Assembly: GCA_963722385.1 (NCBI GenBank)
Contig: CAVRKK010000002.1
Coordinates: forward strand, 224,001-288,000
From: an uncultured bacterium
GTDB lineage: Bacteria > Babelota > Babeliae > Babelales > Babelaceae
Reading direction: 5' to 3'
Length of the DNA: 64,000 bases
Position numbers and translations under genes: made by a program. Shown piece by piece: positions 1 through 10,215 of this stretch (positions are counted from its first letter, which is position 1; each line of letters starts with the position of its first letter). The notes beneath the pieces are model-generated. The model was not told the origin of the DNA, ran no database searches, and saw nothing but the letters and a program-made list of their open reading frames with translations.

Positions 1-733
1 GCCGGGTGACCCGATTACGCTCCTCTTTGCACCTGAGGTTGAAAGTCCCGAAAATGTTATGCTTGAGCAGCGCCAAACACATATAGGTGGCATATTTAAA
101 TCAGGTATCGAAGATATCGATGCAAACGTAATTTTTTTAAGTATCTCGCTGGCCAAAAGCTTATTTCCCGACAAGGGAATTACGCACATCGGTCTTAAGC
201 TGCGTAATCCTGATAAGGAAAAAGAAGTGATGGCATCACTCAAGAAAGCACTCGGCCTCGCCGTATTTTCATGGAAGGATCTTTATCCGGCGCTCTTAGC
301 TGCCTTAACACTTGAAAAATATGCCATGCTTTTTATTTTATCGCTCATAGCAATGGTAGCAAGCATTAACATAATGGCGCTCTTGTTCATGTATATTGCG
401 TATAAAAAGGCGGAGATTGCTGTCTTGCGAACCCTTGGCTTTACGAGCAGAGACGTAATGCTTCTTTTTTTATTAATGGGTACGGGTATAGGCCTTGTCG
501 GAGCAAGTATTGGCGTCACCCTCGCATCTATCGCTAGTTTCTTGCTCAATCGCTACCCCTTCATCCAGCTTCCTGACGCGTACTACGTTTCACACCTCCC
601 GGCGCACATGACCATGCCTATCGGCGCAACCGTAATTATCCTTGTACTCGCGATTAGCTTTATAGCAGCACTTATCCCAGCACGCTATATCAGTAGGCTT
701 GATACCGCAGCGCTTTTAAAAAGAACGGTTTGA
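1..733 (+). CDS. ABC transporter permease, LolC/E (FtsX/MacB) family, 5'-truncated by window edge
   Basis: C-terminal FtsX domain (KKAEIAVLRTLG, YYVSHLP, AALIPARYISRLD) with TM helices. Confidence 0.85.
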   Translation, partial: PGDPITLLFAPEVESPENVMLEQRQTHIGGIFKSGIEDIDANVIFLSISLAKSLFPDKGITHIGLKLRNPDKEKEVMASLKKALGLAVFSWKDLYPALLAALTLEKYAMLFILSLIAMVASINIMALLFMYIAYKKAEIAVLRTLGFTSRDVMLLFLLMGTGIGLVGASIGVTLASIASFLLNRYPFIQLPDAYYVSHLPAHMTMPIGATVIILVLAISFIAALIPARYISRLDTAALLKRTV

Positions 734-742
734 ATCGCGAAA

Positions 743-800
743 GTAAATGCCCCCGAGCACTTAGATAAGCAGGGGGAAAAGGCTCTTAGGGGCAATTTAC
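743..800. terminator. Imperfect hairpin after the permease gene, between convergent ORFs
   Basis: gtaaatgcccc...ggggcaatttac inverted repeat with inner gagc/gctc pairing. Confidence 0.45.
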
Positions 801-810
801 GTTTTGTATC

Positions 811-1002
811 CTATTTATAGCGATTAATGCGCGAAAGGTCTGGATAGCCAAACCAACGAGGCCCGTAAAATCCACCGACCACGAGCTTGTTCGCCTTCTT
901 CTTATAGCTGCTCAAGCCTTTGCTCCGGAGCCCACCGCATCGGTGGCAAATATGCGCTTTTTTCGAACGCGCCGCTTCTAGCTTACGATTAAAGTTTCTC
1001 AT
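811..1002 (-). CDS. Possible small basic protein with CxxC
   Basis: ATG preceded by aaggaaag; 63 aa, K/R rich, CHRC; no family recognised. Confidence 0.3.
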   Translation of the reverse strand: MRNFNRKLEAARSKKAHICHRCGGLRSKGLSSYKKKANKLVVGGFYGPRWFGYPDLSRINRYK

Positions 1003-1219
1003 GGCAGCTTTCCTTTCTTTCTTATATCTTTATTGTAAAATATTGAATATAAAAATTGCAATAATTTGTTTATAAGTAATTGCTTGATGAGCCAAATCAC
1101 CTTAAAGATAGCAGAATCCAGCTCATTTGCAAGGCTACCCCTCATCGCTTGACTTTGCACAAAACTGCTAATAGGCTGGTTACGAATATTAAACCAAAAA
1201 CTCAAAAGGAGAGTTTGCG

Positions 1220-1627
1220 ATGCAAAATTCTATGAAAAGCAAGTTTTTACTTGCTGCCAGCTTATTAGCGGTCTTGGGCACTTCCACCAGCGTAATGGCT
1301 GGCAAGCATAAGAAGGGAGATCGCCGTAAAAGCAGTAGCGAGAATTATTACACTAATACGAAAAGGAACGTATTCTGTACTCAAGTTAATATTGATGCTG
1401 ACTTCAATTTCTCTGTTGCGGTCGCCGTGATTCTTAAAACAGCTGGAACATTGGCAGCACGAGGCCTGCTAACACCGGAAGTTCAACAAGCGCTGGCTGA
1501 TTATGCTAAATCCGAAGCAGCCAATAATCCAGCGGCGAATGAAGAGCTTGTCAGCTTCATTGAAAAGCTGAGTGCGCTCCAGAATGTCCAGCCTGCTGAG
1601 GCAAACAACAAGCATACTGAACTATAG
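1220..1627 (+). CDS. Hypothetical secreted protein
   Basis: AGGAG RBS, signal-peptide-like N-terminus. Confidence 0.7.
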   Translation: MQNSMKSKFLLAASLLAVLGTSTSVMAGKHKKGDRRKSSSENYYTNTKRNVFCTQVNIDADFNFSVAVAVILKTAGTLAARGLLTPEVQQALADYAKSEAANNPAANEELVSFIEKLSALQNVQPAEANNKHTEL

Positions 1628-1648
1628 CAACGGCACTTGATTTGCAAA

Positions 1649-1694
1649 TAAAAACCCCTTGTTGTAAGATTATCGCTTACGCAAGGGGTTTTTA
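1649..1694. terminator. Intrinsic terminator-like hairpin
   Basis: taaaaaccccttg...caaggggttttta. Confidence 0.6.
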
Positions 1695-1714
1695 CCGCCA
1701 AAAAAGGGAGATCT

Positions 1715-2827
1715 ATGAGACACATCATACTATTGAGCCTGCTCGCAACTTCCCTGTGCCCTGCCGTCGTTCAACGTTACTCGATTCTGGCTAAAACCGA
1801 GCAACCACGAGCCAAAGCAATTGTATTCTATCATGATAAGCCCAAAAACGAGCAGCTTAATATCGACAAACAAGCAACTAAGGCCATTGCTGTTTTTAAT
1901 GAAGCACGTGCAAAGAGGATTTCCGCTCAGTTTCTTATCGAAGCTCCTCAAGCGGCTCCGTATGCTCTGCGATCAAGCCTACGCGAAATGATGAGCAGCA
2001 TTTATCAGAAATCGTCGAGCAATTACTGCTTTTTAGACCGGCTGCATGATAGCTTATCTCTGACTTCCTCGCCTTTATGCCTTGACACGCAATCTCTCAT
2101 AAAAGAGCTTATCAATACGAGCATCTTGGCGGTGGCAATGAACAATAAGCAACGGCCCGACACCGGCTTACAGCAAATTCATGAGCGGCTTTTTTCGTGG
2201 CCTTGTACGGTTGAGCAGGTGCTCAACGTCATGGAGCAGTCATTTGATGAAGTTTTGTCTGATGCACGTGAATTGCTTAATCTGGTCCAAAACTCAGAGA
2301 ATATCGCGTACGTTAGTGACGTTATAAGGGAGGCCGAGCTCTATAAAGAAGACTTCGAAGAAGCCGATGCGTATTTTGCCCTCGATAAAGATAAAAATTG
2401 GTTTCAAGCACTTAATGACAAAGCACAAGCGCTTTCTTGCCAACCAATTGAAGAACTCCTCCAGGAGACTATGGGGCCTCTTGGACCTCTTGTCCACTAT
2501 GTCCGCGCAGAGCTTGATTCAAAGCTCGATGACGAGTATCAGCTGATTCACGTCGGATTCTTAAAGCAGCTGTTGTTACCATCAGCACCGCGCTTGTCCT
2601 TTGTCGCCGCGCACGTCGGCCATATCGATTTTATGCAAGAATTTCTCAAACGTGAAAACTTCACGGTCATGCACGATTCGGGTTTCTCGATCGTAGTCCT
2701 GCCAACAAAAACTATTCAGATACCAACCTATAACGAACTCAGAGAGCGAGGGATCTTGCAAGAACCGCTTAGCGTCAAGCCAGTAACATTCGACATTATA
2801 AAAAAAATGCTCAAAAAGCTTGTATAA
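1715..2827 (+). CDS. Hypothetical secreted protein
   Basis: GGGAG RBS, signal peptide, 370 aa ORF. Confidence 0.7.
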   Translation: MRHIILLSLLATSLCPAVVQRYSILAKTEQPRAKAIVFYHDKPKNEQLNIDKQATKAIAVFNEARAKRISAQFLIEAPQAAPYALRSSLREMMSSIYQKSSSNYCFLDRLHDSLSLTSSPLCLDTQSLIKELINTSILAVAMNNKQRPDTGLQQIHERLFSWPCTVEQVLNVMEQSFDEVLSDARELLNLVQNSENIAYVSDVIREAELYKEDFEEADAYFALDKDKNWFQALNDKAQALSCQPIEELLQETMGPLGPLVHYVRAELDSKLDDEYQLIHVGFLKQLLLPSAPRLSFVAAHVGHIDFMQEFLKRENFTVMHDSGFSIVVLPTKTIQIPTYNELRERGILQEPLSVKPVTFDIIKKMLKKLV

Positions 2828-2920
2828 AACCGAGCAAAATTTCAAGACATCGAAATAATACAGCTACCTAAAGAATTCGTATATACTAAATAAGATCCTT
2901 TTAGTAAGAAAGTATGCTTC

Positions 2921-4243
2921 ATGGCGCTCCTCGCTTTTTTTCAATGGCTTAACAACTCCATCTTGGTGATCCCCTCGATCATCCTTTTTTGTGGCGCTGG
3001 TATCCTCTTAACCATAAAAACGGGATTTTTACAAATTCGTGGCATACCGCGATTCTTCCAATTAATTACCCGTGGCATTCGGCAAAAAAAGCAGGCCGGA
3101 CAGCTCCAAACGATTTCTTCGGCGCACGCGCTCTTTACCGCAATGGCGACGACCATTGGAATAGGCAATGTGGTCAGTCCCTCGGTAGCCATCATGGTTG
3201 GCGGGCCGGGAGCTCTCTTTTGGCTCATTCTTTATATCATCATTGGCTCATCGGTCAAGTTTACCGAGGTCGTTTTTGCCCTACGTACACGCGTTAAATC
3301 GCCTGATGGCCAGGTTGTTGGTGGCCCTATGCTCTATTTGGCTCTCGTGAGCCCTTGGTTGGCATGGTGGTATGGCAGTGCCATAGCCGTACTTATGGCT
3401 GGCTGGTCAGCTGTACAGGCAAACACCTTGGCATCCATTTTAGCACAGGAGTCTATTCCCCTTTGGGTAACAGGCTTGGCGCTTGCTAGCTTTGTTTGGG
3501 TGGTATTGCAAGGCGGCGCCCACCGCGTGGGTGACGTTGCGACCGCTCTGGTGCCTCTTATGTGCGCATGCTACGTGATTTTTGCGCTCAGCATTCTTTT
3601 AAGCGATGTACAAGCACTGGTAGCTGCTATTAAGCTCATCTACCGGGGTATCTGGTCACCCCAAGCAGCCGCGGGTGGCTTAGTAAGTATTACCTTTATT
3701 CAGGCACTTCGTACCGGAATTTATCGCGGTATCTTTATAACCGAATCGGGCCTTGGTACCTCATCGATTTCTCATTCTCTCGCTGACGTAGAGCGACCGA
3801 CCGATCAAGGGATCTTAGCCATGTTCTCAGCAGGCGCTGACGCTCTTCTCTCTTTGCTGTCAGGGCTCATTGTTCTTGTTACAGGCATATGGACGCAGGG
3901 AACATTTCGCAGTACCCTTGTTTACGAAGCTTTCAAGAATCACGTCCCCTATATTGGCCGTTGGCTTTTGGCGCTTACCATTGCGTTATTTGCCTTGACA
4001 ACCGTCGTGGGCAATAGTTTCAATGGCCGGCAAAGCTTTGCTTCCTTAACCAATTTTCGATGGGTTTCTCTCTATAGCGCGTTTACCGTTCTTACTATCT
4101 TTCTTGGATCGCTCTTGCATGTGCAATTGGTGTGGGAGATGATGGATACACTCTTAATGTTTGTTGCTTTGCCAAACCTCGTTGGCGTGCTTTACCTCGC
4201 CTATGCCAAACCACAACTCTTGGAAAATGACGTTCTAAAATGA
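2921..4243 (+). CDS. Alanine/glycine:cation symporter (AGCS family)
   Basis: TTIGIGN, GGPGALFW, GGPMLYL, ESGLGTS, PNL motifs; many TM helices. Confidence 0.92.
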   Translation: MALLAFFQWLNNSILVIPSIILFCGAGILLTIKTGFLQIRGIPRFFQLITRGIRQKKQAGQLQTISSAHALFTAMATTIGIGNVVSPSVAIMVGGPGALFWLILYIIIGSSVKFTEVVFALRTRVKSPDGQVVGGPMLYLALVSPWLAWWYGSAIAVLMAGWSAVQANTLASILAQESIPLWVTGLALASFVWVVLQGGAHRVGDVATALVPLMCACYVIFALSILLSDVQALVAAIKLIYRGIWSPQAAAGGLVSITFIQALRTGIYRGIFITESGLGTSSISHSLADVERPTDQGILAMFSAGADALLSLLSGLIVLVTGIWTQGTFRSTLVYEAFKNHVPYIGRWLLALTIALFALTTVVGNSFNGRQSFASLTNFRWVSLYSAFTVLTIFLGSLLHVQLVWEMMDTLLMFVALPNLVGVLYLAYAKPQLLENDVLK

Positions 4244-4693
4244 GGCGAAAATTTGGGTAAAGTACCAAAAGCCTTCTTTATTTTTATAAACGCCAATACC
4301 ACAGTATTTATAATCGCCGATTAGATTTTTTAGGTGGCCGGGTGATTTGACCCATGACACAACGGCAAGATGGGGAACATTGAGCATATGATCGGACATA
4401 TATACGTTTTCGGAGGCCGCTCGCGCTTTTAGAGGGAGTTTGTCGAGCCGCTTATTAAAGCCATGGTGACCAAACTCGACTTTATGAAGCGCCATATTAA
4501 TCGAGTGCTCTCGGGCAATGTTGGCTAAAGCTTGGCTCCATGCCACCTTGGGCAGCTTTTTTTTAGCACGAAATATATTAGTTTCATCAAAGGCTTGCTT
4601 AGCCATCTGCCAGCAGATAGTGTCTGAAGCTTTGGGTACACCAGATAGATTAAAAGATCCTATGATCAAGAAAAGTATCGCTATTTTTTTCAT
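4235..4693 (-). CDS. Secreted CAP/SCP-domain protein
   Basis: TNIFR..AREHS..M, SENV, WVKSPGHLKNL, GIGV..YFTQIF. Confidence 0.9.
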   Translation of the reverse strand: MKKIAILFLIIGSFNLSGVPKASDTICWQMAKQAFDETNIFRAKKKLPKVAWSQALANIAREHSINMALHKVEFGHHGFNKRLDKLPLKARAASENVYMSDHMLNVPHLAVVSWVKSPGHLKNLIGDYKYCGIGVYKNKEGFWYFTQIFASF

Positions 4694-4784
4694 ATTAATC
4701 CCCATTTTGTCATCATTTCTTATTTAGTATGCCCTTTTTTTGCAATCAATCAAGTATTGACGCATCAGCATACTCTAGATCCCA

Positions 4785-6033
4785 CAGGGCCGGCTCACTT
4801 AAAAAATTAAAAAACTAAGATATAATGGTTCTCAAAAAAAACCGGGAGAACCAAGATGGAAGACAGAAATATTAGTTTTTTGGATTATATAGGTGAACTA
4901 GAAGACCCAAGAATTGAAAGAGGAAAACTGCATTCAATGGCAGATATTCTTTTTTTAACTCTGGTAGGGGTTATAAGTGGGTGCGAGGGTTGGAAAGATA
5001 TCGAATACTACGGAAAAGCTCGATTAGACGTACTTAAAAAGTATCTACCATTTGAAAATGGGGTACCAAGCGATGATACGTTAAGGAGATTTTTTAGAGC
5101 ACTTGATCCTAATGAGTTTTCTAAAATATTTGTAAAATGGGTAAGCGATTTAGTAGCATCAGTAAGGGATAACAGAGACACTGATGATGCAAGAACAGTA
5201 GCCATAGATGGGAAAGTGACAAAAAGAAGCTTTGATCAGGGTGAAACAGAAGATAAAGAGCCTCTTTATCTAGTCAATGCATTTGCGACAGATGTTAGAA
5301 TGGTCCTTTGTCAAAAAAAGGTAGAAGGAAAATCGAATGAAATAACGGCTATCCCGCTGCTCTTGGACTTAATTGATATCTGCGGTGCGATAGTGACGAT
5401 TGATGCAATAGGGACCCAGAAAAAAATTGCTCAAAAGATTATTGACAAAAAAGGGGATTATTTGCTTAATGTAAAGGGCAATCAAGGCAATCTTCTTGAA
5501 GAAATAAAAACTTTCTTTGAAATAGAAAGCGAATCAAAATATATCAATATTAAGCATGATACATTTTCAGAAACAGAAAAAGGGCATGGTCGAATTGAGA
5601 TTAGGACTTGTACAACAACCGATCAAATAGGCTGGATTTCTAAAAAGAATGATTGGGTCTCACTAAAGAGCATTGCCTGTATACAATCAGAGCGATTGAT
5701 TGGTAAGAATAAGACTATAGAAAAACGTTACTACATAACAAGTATTCCTGCATCAGCAGAAAGAATATTGCGCGCCGCAAGAAGTCACTGGTTAATAGAG
5801 AATTCGATGCATTGGGTACTCGATGTTTGCTTTAATGATGATCAATCGAGAATTCGAAAAGGTAATGCTCCTCAAAATGTAGCGACCATCAAAAGTTTGG
5901 CGCTTAACTTGCTCAAACGAGCCCAGCCATTGGTTGATAAGTACATCAGTATCAAATGTCTTCGAAAGCTGTCTTGCTGGCAACCTAGCACTTTGGAATT
6001 AATTGTCAATCAAATTTAGATGAGCCGGCCCTG
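4785..6033 (+). mobile_element. ISAs1-family insertion sequence (1249 bp)
   Basis: Terminal inverted repeats cagggccggctca (4785-4797) and tgagccggccctg (6021-6033), 17/19 when extended, enclosing the transposase. Confidence 0.92.
4856..6019 (+). CDS. ISAs1-family DDE transposase
   Basis: EDPR..HSMADIL, PSDDT, AIDGK, KSNEITAIP, TIDAIGTQ, KGNQ, HGRIEIR, RSHWLIENSMHWVLDV. Confidence 0.95.
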   Translation: MEDRNISFLDYIGELEDPRIERGKLHSMADILFLTLVGVISGCEGWKDIEYYGKARLDVLKKYLPFENGVPSDDTLRRFFRALDPNEFSKIFVKWVSDLVASVRDNRDTDDARTVAIDGKVTKRSFDQGETEDKEPLYLVNAFATDVRMVLCQKKVEGKSNEITAIPLLLDLIDICGAIVTIDAIGTQKKIAQKIIDKKGDYLLNVKGNQGNLLEEIKTFFEIESESKYINIKHDTFSETEKGHGRIEIRTCTTTDQIGWISKKNDWVSLKSIACIQSERLIGKNKTIEKRYYITSIPASAERILRAARSHWLIENSMHWVLDVCFNDDQSRIRKGNAPQNVATIKSLALNLLKRAQPLVDKYISIKCLRKLSCWQPSTLELIVNQI

Positions 6034-6117
6034 AGAATCAAAGCGCAAATGTTGAATTTGAAATTAATAAATGATATTCTGTATAATAGATTACTATAAT
6101 TTTATTAGGAGATTTCA

Positions 6118-7575
6118 ATGAAGTATGTTTTATTATTATTTGGCTTAGCATGCTCCTTTCTTGGGGCACAAGAAACCTCGAGTACGCTATCGCGTATTAC
6201 TGGATTAATCAAGCAAGGGCAAACATTGCTTGACGCGCAGCAAGCCAAGAACATTACCATTGCAGCTGGACAAACACCAGCAAATCTCATTTATGATAAC
6301 CTTGATCTCGAGCTTACTGAGTACGAAAAAGAACCGAATCCTGACGCAGCACTTATTGGTCAAGCTGACCAGGTCTTGTTCAAGTTGTCAAATTACTTTG
6401 ACTTACGAACGCCCGCAAAAGAGCTAGCAGATCAGTTTAAAGACATTGTAAATACTCGTTCTGCTGAATGGGAAAGTAAAACAGGTGAGCATTTGACACC
6501 TGAAGATATTGCTGATCCAGCCAAAAAAGAAGAGGCTTTATCATATTTACAGTATATATTTTCAGGACTTGGCCATATTGATGTGAGTAAGATTTTTGTC
6601 ATGATGCCCTACGTTTTGAATGTGAGCTACGATAAAGCGCGTGAATATGCAAAGAAGGCTTTTTTGTCAGCTGGGTATGTAGAAGCGTCACTTCTCAATC
6701 AGCAGCGAGTTGCTCAGGCACTCAAGCAAACCGATTATAAGCATGATGTAATAGTTTTGGAAGATCCTAATCCAAATGTGCATTATGGTGCTATAACTTT
6801 GCAGACACCTCCATTTAAGTTCATTGTTTTGGCATCAAAATACTTTAACGACGTCAATTTTGATGAATTTGGGTTATACCACGAAATTGGACACCTTTAT
6901 TATAATCATCCTCTTTTAAAGATGATAGATTCTTATGCGGGAATTCTTACAGCTCTGTCTACAATTCCTTCTGTTGCTGGAAGTTTGCTCGGAGTAGTAT
7001 CGCTGAGCACCGTGGTTCATTTAGCACTGAGCTCTCTTATAATTACCGCTATTAAGGGCTTTTCAAAATCAGCTTATTCGCGCTCTTACGAGCGCGATGC
7101 GGATCTTTTTGCCTGTAACCAACTTATTAAGCAAGGACGCTTAGATTTAGTTTATAGTGAGCTTCACGGCATCCGTGGAAATCTCGAACATCATGAGTTA
7201 ACCTACCAAGTGAGGCCCTTCCTGACCGAAACTCACCCAAGTTACCCCGCAAGGCAGCTCTATCTGAGGGAATGCTTAAAAATGCATGGTTTAGCGCAGC
7301 CTAATTTACCATTACCTCAATTCTATTATGATTGGAAAGAGATGAAACAAGATGAATGGGAAGTGGCAGGCAAGACAAGTGCAGCGCAGCAAATTCGCGA
7401 TTTAATTTCTAATATTAAGAGATGGTATCAGCAACTTAAAAGTACCCCACACGATATACATTATAGATTACTCATGTTTAATGGTTATAATTTGTTGCGG
7501 GAGTTAATGCACCTTGAACCAGCCACTTCGCCGGCTAAAATTAATGAGCAATGGCTTGAAGAGATAATACAATAA
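6118..7575 (+). CDS. Secreted M48-like zinc metalloprotease with C-terminal YN-module
   Basis: Signal peptide; HEIGH, YERDAD, THPS..R. Confidence 0.75.
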   Translation: MKYVLLLFGLACSFLGAQETSSTLSRITGLIKQGQTLLDAQQAKNITIAAGQTPANLIYDNLDLELTEYEKEPNPDAALIGQADQVLFKLSNYFDLRTPAKELADQFKDIVNTRSAEWESKTGEHLTPEDIADPAKKEEALSYLQYIFSGLGHIDVSKIFVMMPYVLNVSYDKAREYAKKAFLSAGYVEASLLNQQRVAQALKQTDYKHDVIVLEDPNPNVHYGAITLQTPPFKFIVLASKYFNDVNFDEFGLYHEIGHLYYNHPLLKMIDSYAGILTALSTIPSVAGSLLGVVSLSTVVHLALSSLIITAIKGFSKSAYSRSYERDADLFACNQLIKQGRLDLVYSELHGIRGNLEHHELTYQVRPFLTETHPSYPARQLYLRECLKMHGLAQPNLPLPQFYYDWKEMKQDEWEVAGKTSAAQQIRDLISNIKRWYQQLKSTPHDIHYRLLMFNGYNLLRELMHLEPATSPAKINEQWLEEIIQ

Positions 7576-7840
7576 GGGTTACTACTGGGAGACATGCCAA
7601 TTATTCTTTGGTATTATTTCAGGAAATTTTTTATGGATATTTCTCCTACGGTTACTCCCAGGGCAGATTTTTCAGGCACTCATTCTATAGCGTAATGCAT
7701 TAGGCCACGCTCACTATGCCGAGCATTTTGATCTCAGCACAAAGCTATAATGCCATATTCGTGCATCACTTAAAGAATCTCGCTATAACATTCTTTGTGC
7801 TTAATGCGAGTGGCATCTTAAGCTGCTTTTACATAATCTT

Positions 7841-7884
7841 AATCCCGTAAAATAGTACGCTACGCGCACTTATTTTACGGGATT
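7841..7884. repeat. Long intergenic hairpin
   Basis: aatcccgtaaaata...tattttacgggatt perfect 14-bp arms. Confidence 0.7.
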
Positions 7885-8117
7885 TCCTAATAAACCTTTG
7901 TCAATTTTTGACTTATTTTGCAATTTGATTACAATAATTTTGTTATCCTTTGCAATATTATCTTACAAGATGCAAGCGTACACATCCGCGCGATGGGCAA
8001 GGTCATATGCTCTTACATCGAGCAAAGAGGCCCGATATTCATTTATTTAAATGAGAATACCTGTTAAACACTTATTTACTTAAGCAAGCAACTTATTTTA
8101 ACCGAAAGCTATACTCC

Positions 8118-8909
8118 ATGAAAATTAAAAGCTTGTTTGTTCTTTTAGCAGGCTTATCAATAAGCTGCAGCTTTATACAAAGCACCGAGGTCGATGACAC
8201 TCCTCAATTAAACAACTCTCGCAAATCAGACGCTGTTACACTTATTGCTGCATTTCTTGCCGGTTTAGGCAAAGTAGGAATCAACATGCCCTTGCAGGCC
8301 CTTGAAAATGCATACGAACAGCTTGCTGAGGTGCTGGGGGTAAGCAAAGATGGAGATTTTGGAGATTACGAAAAATTTACGGAATGGGCTGAAAAATTTA
8401 CGGAATGGGCTTTAGCAGATAAAAGAGAGAGAAAAGGTTTCAGTCAATATTCACCAAAAAGCACGCTTGCTTTTATGGTAGCCAACCTATTAAGCAATCT
8501 CTTGATGTGGGCCTATTTAGTAGATAGGTTGGAAAAAATAATGCCTGGTCATGCTCTCTTGCCTCTTGCAGTCGCATTTTTTTTAGGAGTAGTCTTAGTC
8601 AAAGGGTGTTATTATCTAGACTTGATGTGTAATCCAAGACCATATGCAATCAATGGCTCATTAATAAAAATGGCAATAGCTGGTTTTCTTAAAGGACTGA
8701 TTGAGCCTCTCAAGATTGGCTACTTAAGCGATCATATTGATAGCTTTTTGGGAACAAGCAAAGAGGACTGGTTGGGCCAAGAACAATTAGCGAGTCAATC
8801 TTTGAGTGTTACCACTGCTTTTGGAGCAGGTAAAGTTTTGGCTGTTGTTGGTTGGGCTCGCGTCATTAGTCGCGCCTTGCAACCTATGGTCGCTGCCAGA
8901 ATTCCTTAA
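8118..8909 (+). CDS. Hypothetical membrane protein
   Basis: Signal peptide plus hydrophobic segments; exact 21-bp tandem duplication at 8370-8411. Confidence 0.65.
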   Translation: MKIKSLFVLLAGLSISCSFIQSTEVDDTPQLNNSRKSDAVTLIAAFLAGLGKVGINMPLQALENAYEQLAEVLGVSKDGDFGDYEKFTEWAEKFTEWALADKRERKGFSQYSPKSTLAFMVANLLSNLLMWAYLVDRLEKIMPGHALLPLAVAFFLGVVLVKGCYYLDLMCNPRPYAINGSLIKMAIAGFLKGLIEPLKIGYLSDHIDSFLGTSKEDWLGQEQLASQSLSVTTAFGAGKVLAVVGWARVISRALQPMVAARIP

Positions 8910-9787
8910 GCATCAGTAATCACCGATTCGCGCCGCACATTTTTTATTTCAAGTTTCTGCCCATCAAAGGTCAGCCCTAAACATAGGTCGACTCGCAGTA
9001 GGTGTGTGAAGATTTCGGGCTTTTTGCTATATACGATAAGATGGCCGAAGTGGTCAGCCTGTTCTGCTGCAAACGCTCCTGTCATTATGCCACCAGACGG
9101 CTCAACAACAAATTTTTGGGAAGCTATTTCTGTAAAATCGGTGCTATTTATCACGTTGATAAAACCGCCAATCTCGTGCTCTGATCTGTTATCTAACGTT
9201 ATACAATATTGCTGATGGGGTTGCATGCCAGAATAGGCACTTTCAGAAATTCCAAGCGCCTCACTCAATCGCTTGAGCGTATTAAAAGCGTCTTCCTCAC
9301 CCTTCATGACAAAGGAATTTGTATCGATTTGTGATTTAAATAGTCGCAAAATGACCATTATCATCGTACCGGCTTGGAGCATTTTAAGAACGCGAGCAAC
9401 CGATTCAATGGTTGATGTCCCGTAACCACACTTCAGGAATAGAAGAGAAAAATGTGTTAACAGAAGCGATGCTAATCCGCTTGATATGTTGATACCTGAA
9501 TAAAAACCAACTACCGCCGCATGATCGCCTTCCTGAAAAGCTCTTTCATAATCAGGCTCTAAAGCAGTTGGCCAATTAATGCTGTTGAAAGAGCATAGAG
9601 CAACTCCTAAGTCAGCACCATGGCCCACACCACGCAAAAACAGAGGAATATCGTCAATATTGCTCAAGGTGACCATGACAAAACCTATAACCGGAGCCAC
9701 GAAAAGATCCAGCTTATTAGACCACGTGCTTTTTGAAATAGTTGATAAGCTTAGGCATAGTGCTAAAAATATTATCCGAAATCTCAT
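8906..9787 (-). CDS. Hypothetical membrane protein
   Basis: 293 aa ORF with signal peptide and TM segments. Confidence 0.65.
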   Translation of the reverse strand: MRFRIIFLALCLSLSTISKSTWSNKLDLFVAPVIGFVMVTLSNIDDIPLFLRGVGHGADLGVALCSFNSINWPTALEPDYERAFQEGDHAAVVGFYSGINISSGLASLLLTHFSLLFLKCGYGTSTIESVARVLKMLQAGTMIMVILRLFKSQIDTNSFVMKGEEDAFNTLKRLSEALGISESAYSGMQPHQQYCITLDNRSEHEIGGFINVINSTDFTEIASQKFVVEPSGGIMTGAFAAEQADHFGHLIVYSKKPEIFTHLLRVDLCLGLTFDGQKLEIKNVRRESVITDA

Positions 9788-9891
9788 TATAAACCTTTAC
9801 TATTCAATAATATTTTATATTATTAGCATATTCTAATAAGTAATAAAATCAATAAATTTTTACAATAGAAAGCCTGATAAAACCCCCACAC

Positions 9892-10056
9892 TTCTCCGTC
9901 AGGAGAATTGCGGTAGCGATAAGCATGCGTGGCGCATGCTTATCGCATTCAGACCTACCAAAAAATGAGTCAATAGAGTAAAAAGATAAATAGACAGGTG
10001 CAGGAGCACGCTCCTGCTGCTCGCCGCATAGGCGCGCCCGCTGCGTAGGCGATATT
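9892..10056 (+). repeat. Dispersed five-hairpin element, copy A (candidate ncRNA or REP-like element)
   Basis: ttctcc-gtca-ggagaa; gcgataagcatgcg-tgg-cgcatgcttatcgc; gcaggagc/gctcctgc; cgcc-gcata-ggcg; cgct-gcgta-ggcg; gatatt end; aligns with copies B-D. Confidence 0.85.
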
Positions 10057-10215
10057 CTATTCATGCTGTAGAGCTCGATCGCGAATACGTGGGAAAGCAA
10101 TGCAATTATGTACTGGCCTTTACCGATAAAATTCTGCTAATCTAGAACAAGACTTAGTGATTAGCATAAGGTGCAGCATCCTCACAAATTTGAGCCAACA
10201 GATTGCGGTAAAGCG

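Noticed and set aside
9849..10100. 83-aa minus-strand ORF
   Set aside because: Lies over five-hairpin copy A; no protein-like features.
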